This document shows positions 28,154 through 37,163 of a stretch of DNA of 59,495 nucleotides, one piece after another. Made by a program: the position numbers and the translations under genes. Source of the DNA: Spirochaetota bacterium (GTDB lineage: Bacteria > Spirochaetota > JAHITG01 > JAFGFC01); NCBI GenBank assembly GCA_016931325.1, contig JAFGFC010000090.1, positions 1 through 59,495 on the forward strand. The letters run 5' to 3'. Within the stretch, counting starts at the first letter, position 1, and every line of letters starts with the position of its first letter. Below the pieces are notes generated by a model. The model had not been told where the DNA came from and did no database searches. It saw only the letters and a list, made by a program, of their open reading frames with translations.

Positions 28154-28188
28154 GACTACCTCCATTTCGTCATGTATCAGATGTGATG

Positions 28189-28293
28189 AAAGGTGTTAGG
28201 AGGAAAAAAGCAGAAGATGTCAGGCTTTTCAGGTTCCATAGAAAATCGCGGGGACGTAACGCGAATACGTCCCCGCAAAAGCCTAACACCTTT
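28189..28293. repeat. Nested inverted-repeat (REP/MITE-like) element
   Basis: Outer 12-bp IR AAAGGTGTTAGG (28189-28200) / CCTAACACCTTT (28282-28293) encloses an 11-bp perfect hairpin GCGGGGACGTA-7nt-TACGTCCCCGC (28248-28276). Confidence 0.65.
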
Positions 28294-28294
28294 T

Positions 28295-29575
28295 TTACAT
28301 TTCTTTTAAATTTTCATTTATTGTTGAATTGATCCTGTCTTCTATATTCTTCAAAGTCTTCTGAGCCCCTACTTTGCCATAAATAAATTTATCAAACTCT
28401 TCATTAATTATCCTCTGCATCTGTCTCCAGGGAATATAAGGTGACATCACCTTATCAACGGTATAGGAAAAAGACAGAGAATCCGTATAAACTTTATTTT
28501 CCGGGTTCATTTTTAAAAACCTTTCTATATTAGACTTATGGGTGGGTACTGAATCGCCTACTTCGACCATTTTCCAGTTACCTTCTTTTGATGTCAGGTA
28601 TTTTAAAAACTCCCATGCCAGTTTAGGATTTTTTGTACGCTTGGATATCACCCAGGCATGAGAGTCCAACCGTGTCGCTTTCCGTGCCTGGTGAAAAAAG
28701 GGGAAAATACCCCATTTGAACTCTTTTATATCATTAAATATAGTGGTGTACCATCTTCCCCCGGTGAACATAGCCGCCCGCCCGCTCATAAAAAGCTGAT
28801 ACGCCTCGGATTGCTGCAGATCAGCGCCGGAAGGCATAACACGGTATTTTGAAAACAGGGATTTCAGGAAATTGATAGCCGTAACAGCCTTCCCGGAGCT
28901 AATAATACAACGTTTTTTATCCGGCGTGAATATTTTTCCTCCATTCTGCCATATAAAAGTGATCCAATCATAGTATTCCAGGACAAGACCAAATTGCTTC
29001 ACCACTTCATTAACCTGATCTCCCTGCGATAATTTTTCACGCACGGTCAACTTTTTTGCCAGATCCAGGATCTGGTTCCAGGACAGGCTGGCCAGAGGTG
29101 GATTGATACCGGCCTGAGCGAAAAGGTCCTTGTTATAAAAAATAACACCTGTTGTAAAACTGCCGGGCAGCCCGTATACTTTACCATCCATGCTGTAAGA
29201 ATCGATAAGTATGCGATGAATATCATTTGCCTTAAAATCCTTATCGTCCTGTATGAACTGATCGAGAGATAGCAAGGCTCCCTTGGAAACAAAGATAGGT
29301 AATTCAAAATCACGCATAAAAAAAACATCAGGTTCCGTACCGCCGGCTATCTGGGTCTGTATCTTTTCAAAATAAGCGGCGCCGGTGATAGGCTCATAAT
29401 AAGTCCGCATTCCCGGATTGTCTTTTTCAAAATCCTTACCTATATCTTCGCGGATCTCATTATAACGTATAAAACCAGGAGCCGAATATCTTATAACATT
29501 CTTTCCTGACGGCACTTTTTCAGCGCAACCCGCCAACAGGATCACAAAACAGAGAAAGGCTAATACTCTTTTCAT
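28295..29575 (-). CDS. Carbohydrate ABC transporter substrate-binding lipoprotein
   Basis: Lipobox LLAGC; AGGTEPDVF, DGKVYGLP, FYNKDLF, FMSGRAAM, AWEFLKYL. Confidence 0.9.
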   Translation of the reverse strand: MKRVLAFLCFVILLAGCAEKVPSGKNVIRYSAPGFIRYNEIREDIGKDFEKDNPGMRTYYEPITGAAYFEKIQTQIAGGTEPDVFFMRDFELPIFVSKGALLSLDQFIQDDKDFKANDIHRILIDSYSMDGKVYGLPGSFTTGVIFYNKDLFAQAGINPPLASLSWNQILDLAKKLTVREKLSQGDQVNEVVKQFGLVLEYYDWITFIWQNGGKIFTPDKKRCIISSGKAVTAINFLKSLFSKYRVMPSGADLQQSEAYQLFMSGRAAMFTGGRWYTTIFNDIKEFKWGIFPFFHQARKATRLDSHAWVISKRTKNPKLAWEFLKYLTSKEGNWKMVEVGDSVPTHKSNIERFLKMNPENKVYTDSLSFSYTVDKVMSPYIPWRQMQRIINEEFDKFIYGKVGAQKTLKNIEDRINSTINENLKEM

Positions 29576-30741
29576 TTTAAACCTCCGGAATTAATAATTT
29601 TTTCAAAAAATTGAGGGGATAATAAATTTTTCTCGGCGATCGTAGCCGCTCCAATGGCAACACACTCTTTTCCCAGCTTTGATTTCTGGATGGAGAGTTT
29701 ATCTTTAATAAAAGGCAATAATTTTTTTTCAATCCCTTTTTTAATACTGTCGAAAAAACCACCTGACTCCAGAGGGTAATCTCCCCCCAGAACAACCATA
29801 CCCGGATTTATGATATTGATGGTATCCGAGATCGTCTCACCAATACGGCTTCCGAACTGGGATACGATCTTTTTGGCTTTTTGGGAATCTTCTTTTTCGG
29901 CTTTCTGAATTAATTGCACAAGATCAACATGAAGGTCAACATCTTTTTCAAAAGTTTCCCTGGCCGCACTGAACACAATATCACCTATTTCCCCGGCCGC
30001 ATAGCTTTCCCCATGATAGACCTGTCCGTTGATTACCAGTCCGCTTCCTATACCGGTCTTTTCTATCTCACCTATTCGTTTTAAATGAAAATAAACAAAG
30101 AACAGATAGCGGTTATGATCCCTGTTATGCAGCATATATTCGCCATAGGCTGACGCATTGGCATTATTTTCAATAAAGCAGGGGATCTTGAGCCTTGACT
30201 GTATCTTGTTTCCCAGGGATAAATGTTTTATTCCAAGTTCATTTGATATAATGATCTCATTGCTGTCGCTGTCAATAAGACCCGGCAGCCCCAGCCCGAC
30301 ACATAAAAGTTTTTTATCCGGATATTTAGTTTTTACTTTTTTAATGATCTCGATCAGTTTATCCTCTACTTCATTTTCGGATCGGAATGTAAATTTCTGT
30401 GACTGATGGGAAAAGATCTGATTGGACAGATTCATGCCGATCATGGAAAGGACATCTTTTTTCAGATCAATACCGAGAAGATAATTATTTTCGTAATTAA
30501 GGGTAATAATAAAAGGTTTATTCCCTTTGGTTTTTGATCTTTCCTTTATCAGGGTCTCTTTTATCAAATTTGATTTCTTCAGATCATGGATAATATAAGA
30601 AATGGTGGATGTTCTCAACCCTGTTTTTTCAGCGATCTCGATGCGCGTGGTCTCTTTTTCGGTCTTGATAATGTTAAAAACGATCAACCGGTTTAATAAA
30701 GCGCCTTTTTCCTGATTTAATTTAGTATACTCTGTTCTCAT
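29572..30741 (-). CDS. ROK-family transcriptional regulator
   Basis: N-terminal HTH TRIEIAEKTGLRTSTIS; GLGLPGLID, IENNANASAYGE, GIGSGLVING, AGEIG, NPGMVVLGG. Confidence 0.9.
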   Translation of the reverse strand: MRTEYTKLNQEKGALLNRLIVFNIIKTEKETTRIEIAEKTGLRTSTISYIIHDLKKSNLIKETLIKERSKTKGNKPFIITLNYENNYLLGIDLKKDVLSMIGMNLSNQIFSHQSQKFTFRSENEVEDKLIEIIKKVKTKYPDKKLLCVGLGLPGLIDSDSNEIIISNELGIKHLSLGNKIQSRLKIPCFIENNANASAYGEYMLHNRDHNRYLFFVYFHLKRIGEIEKTGIGSGLVINGQVYHGESYAAGEIGDIVFSAARETFEKDVDLHVDLVQLIQKAEKEDSQKAKKIVSQFGSRIGETISDTINIINPGMVVLGGDYPLESGGFFDSIKKGIEKKLLPFIKDKLSIQKSKLGKECVAIGAATIAEKNLLSPQFFEKIINSGGLK

Positions 30742-30761
30742 AAATAACGACCTTATAAATC

Positions 30762-30803
30762 ATTCATTGAATTAATTATAATATTATTTTTTACAAAAGT
30801 CAA
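30762..30803 (-). promoter_or_regulatory. sigma70 promoter of the ROK operon with an adjacent palindrome
   Basis: Minus strand TTGACT-17nt-TATAAT (30803-30775); ATTCA-T-TGAAT palindrome at 30762-30772 over the predicted start site. Confidence 0.55.
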
Positions 30804-30850
30804 GAAAAATGAAAGATTTTTTTCAATTTTTTTATTACGATCTGTCTATT

Positions 30851-31432
30851 TCATTTTCCAGAAATCCATACTGGATTTCTTTTCCAGAAATCCAGTATGG
30901 AAGTACCATATTTACGGCTCTGATACTTGATAAATCTTTCGATATCTTCCTCTATTCTTTCTTTATTATGGTGCTCAGCCATGATCACAATGTCTTTCCG
31001 GCAGATATCCAGGCCGGAAATGATCTCAATAGACCGTTTTATATAATCAGTAAAATAAGGGGGATCGATAAAAATAAAATCAAACTTTTCCTTCATCAGT
31101 CCCGGGAGAACCTTTAAGGCAGATCTATAATCGCGGCAGATGATCCTGTATCTTTCTTCTTCAACCCTTAACTTTGTCAAATTGTCCTTTAGAATACCGG
31201 CATATTGATGCGAACCCTCTATGAACACAACCCTGGAAGCCTTATTGCTCAAGAACTCGATCCCCATGCCCCCTCCCCCGGCAAAAATATCAAGCAAGAC
31301 ACTTCCTTCTATAACAGAACGGAAAATATCAATTACCGCTTCTTTAACAAGCGATGTGGTCATTCTTATGCCAACACGTTTCTTCGGTACAAACAGCTTT
31401 TGATTCTTATACATTCCTGTTACGACTTTCAT
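30851..31432 (-). CDS. rsmD: 16S rRNA m2G966 methyltransferase
   Basis: MKVVTG.YK, VKEAV, LDIFAGGGGMGIE, FIFIDPPY, RKYG; downstream of recG as is common. Confidence 0.85.
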   Translation of the reverse strand: MKVVTGMYKNQKLFVPKKRVGIRMTTSLVKEAVIDIFRSVIEGSVLLDIFAGGGGMGIEFLSNKASRVVFIEGSHQYAGILKDNLTKLRVEEERYRIICRDYRSALKVLPGLMKEKFDFIFIDPPYFTDYIKRSIEIISGLDICRKDIVIMAEHHNKERIEEDIERFIKYQSRKYGTSILDFWKRNPVWISGK

Positions 31433-31439
31433 CTTATTT

Positions 31440-31540
31440 AGTTTATCGTTCGTCGTTCATAGTTTATAGTTTTCCTATTTACTTGTCATAGTATAATAAA
31501 TTAAATGTATTATAAAACTAAAAACCATGAACTATGAACG
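31440..31540. repeat. Inverted heptamer-repeat hairpin between rsmD and recG
   Basis: Left arm AGTTTAT CGTTCGT CGTTCAT AGTTTAT AGTTTT; right arm AAAACTA AAAACCA TGAACTA TGAACG. Confidence 0.7.
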
Positions 31541-31544
31541 TAAT

Positions 31545-33626
31545 TTATCCGACCTGGACCAGGTTTAACCTTTCATGAAATTCGGTTTTCAGGGCTTTTT
31601 CAAGAACAGGAAACCCTTGCATCTGCGGGTCCCTGTCAATTAGTTCAAACGCTTCTTTACGGGCAGCCTGAAGTATTTTTGTATCCTTTATGAGATCGGC
31701 AGGTCTGTAATCCGGCAGACCGGTCTGACGGGTCCCCATCATCTCACCCGGTCCACGCAGCTCGAGGTCCACTTCTGCCAGTTTGAACCCATCATTGAAA
31801 TTCACCATAGCCCGCATCCTCATCCTGGCTTCGTTTGTCAGCCTTTGTGAGGTAATAAGAATACAGTAAGATTGAATATCGCTTCTCCCTATCCGACCCC
31901 TTAGCTGATGTAATTGCGCCAGCCCGAACCTTTCAGCATGTTCGACCACCATGACAGACGCATTAGCCACATCCACACCTACCTCGATGACCGTAGTGGC
32001 CACCAGAAGATCGATCTTCCCCTGCCTGAATTCATCCATGGTGTTATCTTTCAGGTCTTTTTTCATCTGACCATGGATCAATCCCACCCGAAAGTCATTG
32101 AATACCTTTTCCTTAAAGGTCTGGAACATCCCTTCTGCATTCTTCAGATCCATCTTATCAGATTCACTGACCAGGGGGTAGACAACATAGACCTGTTTCT
32201 TATCTCGCATCTGTTCTTCTAACAGTTGATATACCTTTTGCATCTGCGTTTGTGAAAACCATTTTGTGACAGCCGGCTTTCGGCCCGGAGGCATCTCTTT
32301 TATCATTGATATTTCAAGGTCTCCATAGACCGTTAAAGCCAGTGTCCTCGGAATGGGAGTGGCGGTCATTACAAGGACATCAGGTGTATCTCCTTTTAAA
32401 TGAAGCAAAGCCCGCTGTCTGACACCAAAACGATGCTGTTCATCAATGATCACAAGGCCTAAATTATTGAATCGAACATCTTCCTGGATCAGAGCGTGTG
32501 TCCCGATAATGATCTGTCCGCTATGGTTAGATATGGCCTTTAATTTCTCCTCTTTTTCTTTACTCTTCTGTTTCCCTGTTAAAAGAACGACAGGAACTCC
32601 GGAGAATCCTTTCAGGTACTGCAGGATGGTCTGATAATGCTGTGATGCCAGTATCTCCGTGGGAGCCATCAGACAAACCTGATAACCGTTTTCACAGGCC
32701 AGAAGTGAGGCTAAAAGCCCTACCACTGTCTTACCGGAGCCGACATCTCCCATCAACAGCCTGTTCATCATCTTTTTATCTTTCATATCCCCAAAGATCT
32801 CTTGTATGACCTGCTTCTGGTCATTGGTTAATTCAAAGGGCAGGGTTTGAACGAATCCTTTGACGGTATTCTCTTTTATATAATTCTGTTTTTTTTCGAT
32901 CAATACGGTCTTGTGCTTATTTAAAGCCAGCATTAATTCCAGGAAAAAGAAACGGTCAAAGGCCAGTCTTTGCCTGACGATCTCGATCTCCTTCAGGTCT
33001 GAAGGAAAATGGATCTTGTAATGGCATACCGCAAAGTCTTTTAATTTATATTTTTTTCTTATATAAGCCGGCAGCGGGTCATCCATCTGTTCTCTCAATT
33101 TTTCCAGTTCCTGAAAGATCAATTTTCTTATCATTTTTACAGAAAGTTTTTCAGTGGTATGATAAACAGGGACGATCCGGTTCGTGTGCAGATTGATATT
33201 GCTTTCCCCTTTTTCATCAAAAATCTCAAAATCGAACTCGGATGTCTGGAACTGCCGGTATTTATATTCAAATTTATTGGAAAAAAGAAAGACCTTCATC
33301 CCTTTCAACAGTATCTTTTTCAGGAAATTACGGTTATAACAGATCAGCGAAAGAACAGCTGTATTGTCTGATACCAGTATCTTCAGGACACGCCCGCGCG
33401 AGGAATAGAATTCATCGTACCCTATAACCTCAGCCAGCACTGTCTGCCCGATACCCTTTTGAAGATTTATTATTTTTGTAAAATTCCTTCTGTCTTCATA
33501 ACGAAAGGGATAAAAGGTCAACAGATCGAAGAGATTATAAATATTCAGTTTATGAAATAATCTGGCCCGCGCCTCCCCTACACCCTTAATGAATCGTATC
33601 TCTTTGTTCAGTTCTGATAATAGCAT
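31545..33626 (-). CDS. recG: ATP-dependent DNA helicase RecG
   Basis: IKGVG, YPFRYEDR, LMGDVGSGKT, APTEILASQH, IIDEQHRFGVRQR, MTATPIPRTL, AERFGLAQLHQLRGR, LRGPGE. Confidence 0.97.
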   Translation of the reverse strand: MLLSELNKEIRFIKGVGEARARLFHKLNIYNLFDLLTFYPFRYEDRRNFTKIINLQKGIGQTVLAEVIGYDEFYSSRGRVLKILVSDNTAVLSLICYNRNFLKKILLKGMKVFLFSNKFEYKYRQFQTSEFDFEIFDEKGESNINLHTNRIVPVYHTTEKLSVKMIRKLIFQELEKLREQMDDPLPAYIRKKYKLKDFAVCHYKIHFPSDLKEIEIVRQRLAFDRFFFLELMLALNKHKTVLIEKKQNYIKENTVKGFVQTLPFELTNDQKQVIQEIFGDMKDKKMMNRLLMGDVGSGKTVVGLLASLLACENGYQVCLMAPTEILASQHYQTILQYLKGFSGVPVVLLTGKQKSKEKEEKLKAISNHSGQIIIGTHALIQEDVRFNNLGLVIIDEQHRFGVRQRALLHLKGDTPDVLVMTATPIPRTLALTVYGDLEISMIKEMPPGRKPAVTKWFSQTQMQKVYQLLEEQMRDKKQVYVVYPLVSESDKMDLKNAEGMFQTFKEKVFNDFRVGLIHGQMKKDLKDNTMDEFRQGKIDLLVATTVIEVGVDVANASVMVVEHAERFGLAQLHQLRGRIGRSDIQSYCILITSQRLTNEARMRMRAMVNFNDGFKLAEVDLELRGPGEMMGTRQTGLPDYRPADLIKDTKILQAARKEAFELIDRDPQMQGFPVLEKALKTEFHERLNLVQVG

Positions 33627-33667
33627 ATTCTAACCCGTTTTAAAAACAATGGATTTTGGATTAATCT

Positions 33668-33745
33668 ATTGCAGATTTCAGATTACAAATTACAGATTAT
33701 TAAGAATTCCTGAAAATCTGTAATCTGCAATTTGTAATATGTAAT
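33668..33745. repeat. Inverted heptamer-repeat hairpin upstream of recG
   Basis: ATTGCAG ATTTCAG ATTACAA ATTACAG ATT (33668-33698) pairs with AATCTGTAATCTGCAATTTGTAATATGTAAT (33715-33745). Confidence 0.7.
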
Positions 33746-33749
33746 AACA

Positions 33750-34244
33750 TCAGTATTCCCCTGATTTAATTTTGGCTCTTAGATCTTTTAATTTATTTAC
33801 ATGTGATCGTTCTTCATAAATAATGGCATTCATGAAATCCTTCTCTGCCGGAATGATCTTTGCCGATATCTTTTCATATAAATAGACAGTATCCATCTCA
33901 ATGCCAATGGCATAGAGAAAAACTTCAGCCATATCCTGCTTTTCCGTATATTTCTCAAGATACTCCCTGGCTTTTTCTATATCACCAAATAGTTTTTTTT
34001 CAATGAAAGATGTGACACGACTTACTTCCTTTGGATAAAAAGTCTTCATTTTTTCAACTTTCAGAGTTGCCAGGAGTTTTTCAAAGGACTGCTTGTGTTT
34101 CATTTCATCTTTCCATAAAAGTCCCAGTATCTTATACACTTCAGAATGGGGAGAAAATTTCTGCTGCAGATCCCTGTAAAATTCTATTCCGCTTTTTTCG
34201 ATCTGTATGGCCATCATTAAAATATTCTCAACAGGAACGATCAT
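33750..34244 (-). CDS. Ferritin-like/rubrerythrin-family di-iron protein
   Basis: Twin motifs AIQIEKSG..FY..DEMKH and AIGIEMDT..LY..EERSH. Confidence 0.8.
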   Translation of the reverse strand: MIVPVENILMMAIQIEKSGIEFYRDLQQKFSPHSEVYKILGLLWKDEMKHKQSFEKLLATLKVEKMKTFYPKEVSRVTSFIEKKLFGDIEKAREYLEKYTEKQDMAEVFLYAIGIEMDTVYLYEKISAKIIPAEKDFMNAIIYEERSHVNKLKDLRAKIKSGEY

Positions 34245-34272
34245 AATATCACCTTTTATAATATATTTTCAA

Positions 34273-34932
34273 TCAGAGGCTATAAGGTATGGGATCTTCA
34301 AGGCCTGCCTCCTGAAAAGCACGCCGCCGCCTCAAACAGGAATCACACCGGCCACAGGCTACACGATCATTTTTATAACAACTCCAGGTAAGATGCAAGG
34401 GGGCCTGCAGGGCCATACCCCATTTGACAATTTCAGATTTTTTCTTTCGAATGAGAGGAGTGATAATCTTGATATCCTTTCTGGCTGTGCCTTTCTGAAT
34501 GACTTTATCAAAGGCCCTGTAAAAATCCTGTCTGCAATCAGGATAACCGGCAGAATCTTCCTGAGTGGCGCCGATATAGACACGTAAGGCTTTTATTACC
34601 TCGGCCCAGGCCACAGCGGCTGAAAGAAAATTGCCATTTCTGAAAGGAACATAGGTGCTGGGTATTCCTTCCCGGGATAATCCTTCAGGAACGCTCATGC
34701 TCCTGTCAATCAAGGAGGAGCCGCCTATTTTCTTAAAATGGGGCATGGAGATAATCATATGTCCTTCAGGTCTGAAATGATCTACCAGAAGAAGAAAGAC
34801 CTCTCTCTCTTTTTTTTCCGTTCTTTGACCATAATCAATGTGCATAAAATACATACGGCATTCATCGGAAGCAATGGCAGCCACGACGGCGCTGTCCATT
34901 CCGCCGCTTAAGAGAACCACACCTTTTTCCAT
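34273..34932 (-). CDS. queC: 7-cyano-7-deazaguanine synthase
   Basis: LLSGGMDS, DYGQR, STYVPFRN, GYPDCR, TWSCY, CGRCDSC. Confidence 0.96.
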   Translation of the reverse strand: MEKGVVLLSGGMDSAVVAAIASDECRMYFMHIDYGQRTEKKEREVFLLLVDHFRPEGHMIISMPHFKKIGGSSLIDRSMSVPEGLSREGIPSTYVPFRNGNFLSAAVAWAEVIKALRVYIGATQEDSAGYPDCRQDFYRAFDKVIQKGTARKDIKIITPLIRKKKSEIVKWGMALQAPLHLTWSCYKNDRVACGRCDSCLRRRRAFQEAGLEDPIPYSL

Positions 34933-34940
34933 AAAACACT

Positions 34941-35031
34941 AATCTATTAAATAAATTATTAAAGACAAGATATTTCTCAAGTACAAGTTTGTATAATTTT
35001 TAATTGACATTAGAACCTTTTTAATTATATT
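34941..35031. promoter_or_regulatory. Divergent sigma70-type promoters (queC and PP2C gene)
   Basis: Minus strand TTGTCT-16nt-TAGATT (34968-34941); plus strand TTGACA-16nt-TATATT (35004-35031). Confidence 0.5.
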
Positions 35032-35043
35032 AATCATGAACTT

Positions 35044-36699
35044 ATGGCAGAAAATGCAGGTAACATCCCAGGTCCGTTTGATCAAGCCCAACTTCTTGTT
35101 GATGATTCCATTCCCCAACCCATCTCTCATATTGATAAAAGAAAAATAAAATTCAGTGTAAAGGTTAAATTCGCTCTTTTTATCGCTTTGCTCCTTTCCC
35201 TCTTTATTCTATTCATCACCAGTTATCTTCTTAATCAACAGGAGAATAATCTTTTATCTGAAATGGAATACCGGGCTCAGATCATTGCTCAAAATCTTTC
35301 CAGGAATATTGCCGAGATCATCAATGACGATACGACCCGCCATCAGATCCTTACAGAGACCATGAAAATTAAAGACATTGAACAGATAGCCCTTATCGAT
35401 ATGAAGAATAACCTTTTTGATCATACGGATGAAGAGATCTGGAAAAAGATTTTATTTTCAAAATTCGATGAAAAAGTGGGAAAGATAAAAAGTACGATAG
35501 ATCAAAAAACGATTCAACAGATCGTCAATAAAAAAAGCGTATTCATCCTTGAAAATCATAACAAAGAAAATAAATTCGCTGTTATTTCCCCCATTAAATT
35601 GGAAAAAACAGTGCTCGGGATCCTGAAAATCGTATTTTTAAAAGAAGTGATCCTTAATAAAATAAAAACCGTTCAAAAAAACGTATGGATATTCAGGATC
35701 ATCGCTATTATCATAGGAATACTTTCCGCCTATTTTTTATCCACCATCATCATCAAACCAATTGAAACCCTGTCTGAAGGAGCGATGAAGATCGGAAAAG
35801 GGTATCTTGATTTCAAGATCAACGTCAATACAATGGATGAATTAGGTCAGCTGGCTGACGAATTTAATAATATGACCATGCAGCTGAACCGTGTTCAGAA
35901 ATCTATGATCGAAAAAGAGCGATATGACGAGCAGCTGGAGATCGCTAAAAAAATACAGGAGAATCTGCTTCCTGATGAATTTCCCAGGATAGAGGGATTA
36001 CAGATAAGCGCTTTTTACAAGGCCATGGGAGGGATAGGCGGGGATTATTATGATATTGTGCATTTGAAAGATAAAAATAAAATAAGCGTTATTATTGCGG
36101 ATGTGGCGGGGAAAGGGGTACCGGCCGCCCTGGTCATGGTCATGATCAGAACGACCTTTCATGCTGTTTCAAGATTTGTGAACAGTCCCAGTGAAGCCAT
36201 CGCCGAAATCAATTATGGTATCACGAAACGATTAAGCGCGGACCGGTTCGCCACCATGTTCTCCTTTCACTACGATTATAAAAACGGGATCCTTGACTTC
36301 TCCAATGCCGCCCATCCCTGCATGATCTTTTATCAGGCCGAAACAGAAAAAATCGGTGAACTTGATGCGGAAGGAGTGCCGGTAGGCATAGAAGAATTGG
36401 AGAAATATCAGATTAAACGCATCAGGGTCAAACCGGGCGATATTATTTTGCTGCTGACTGATGGGATCACAGAAGCGATGAACGCGAATAATGAGATGTT
36501 CAGAACGAATCGCATCAAACAGATCGTAAAAGCCAACGCCACCCTTTCAGCTGACGAATTGAAAAAAAAGATCATCAGTGATATACAGCGTTTTGTCGGG
36601 GAAGCCGAGCAGCACGATGATATGACGCTCGTTATTTTTAAGATTACATCAACCTCAACGAAGATACCATCCCCTTTCCCTGGTTATAATAAAATGTAA
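35044..36699 (+). CDS. Membrane-bound HAMP + SpoIIE/PP2C (RsbU-like) phosphatase
   Basis: Two TM helices; HAMP DELGQLADEFNNM; AKKIQENLLP, GGDYYD, ADVAGKGVPAAL, NAAHP, LTDGITEA, HDDMT. Confidence 0.9.
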   Translation: MAENAGNIPGPFDQAQLLVDDSIPQPISHIDKRKIKFSVKVKFALFIALLLSLFILFITSYLLNQQENNLLSEMEYRAQIIAQNLSRNIAEIINDDTTRHQILTETMKIKDIEQIALIDMKNNLFDHTDEEIWKKILFSKFDEKVGKIKSTIDQKTIQQIVNKKSVFILENHNKENKFAVISPIKLEKTVLGILKIVFLKEVILNKIKTVQKNVWIFRIIAIIIGILSAYFLSTIIIKPIETLSEGAMKIGKGYLDFKINVNTMDELGQLADEFNNMTMQLNRVQKSMIEKERYDEQLEIAKKIQENLLPDEFPRIEGLQISAFYKAMGGIGGDYYDIVHLKDKNKISVIIADVAGKGVPAALVMVMIRTTFHAVSRFVNSPSEAIAEINYGITKRLSADRFATMFSFHYDYKNGILDFSNAAHPCMIFYQAETEKIGELDAEGVPVGIEELEKYQIKRIRVKPGDIILLLTDGITEAMNANNEMFRTNRIKQIVKANATLSADELKKKIISDIQRFVGEAEQHDDMTLVIFKITSTSTKIPSPFPGYNKM

Positions 36700-36708
36700 G
36701 GATACGGT

Positions 36709-37146
36709 TCAGTCTTTTAGAGATTTCTTTATCTGATCAATGGGAATGAAAACTTTTCCCCCTACCCTCAGATTATCATTCACACCGCCGAAAAGGTTGC
36801 TGTAGTTTATTCTGTTGATCCAATAAGACGCATTTCCAATATCCTTTTTTGTATAGGAAGACCCCTTGATAGATTCCACATACTTCTTTGATATGATCCA
36901 AATATTGTCCCCTTTTTCAACAATATACACGCCGGTTGACTGCCCTTCCCGGGTGATGATCCCTCCCTTGAAGAATTCATCTGCATCACTGGATGTCTCT
37001 TCCTTTTTTATCAAACGCGGCTCTTCTTCCTTTTCCTGTACAACTGCCTTTTCTGAGGTTTGTTGCCCTGGTGGCACAGGTTCTTTGCGTGAACAATGAC
37101 ATAAAGCAAGTAACAATATGATATAAATACAGAATATTTTTTTCAT
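36709..37146 (-). CDS. LysM-domain lipoprotein
   Basis: Signal with Cys (LLALCHCS); YIVEKGDNIWIISKKY..NLRVGGKVFIP. Confidence 0.7.
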   Translation of the reverse strand: MKKIFCIYIILLLALCHCSRKEPVPPGQQTSEKAVVQEKEEEPRLIKKEETSSDADEFFKGGIITREGQSTGVYIVEKGDNIWIISKKYVESIKGSSYTKKDIGNASYWINRINYSNLFGGVNDNLRVGGKVFIPIDQIKKSLKD

Positions 37147-37163
37147 ATGATCGCCCCCCCTTT

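Noticed and set aside
34933-35043. preQ1 riboswitch before queC
   Set aside because: The predicted -10 is 8 nt from the ATG and no preQ1 stem is visible
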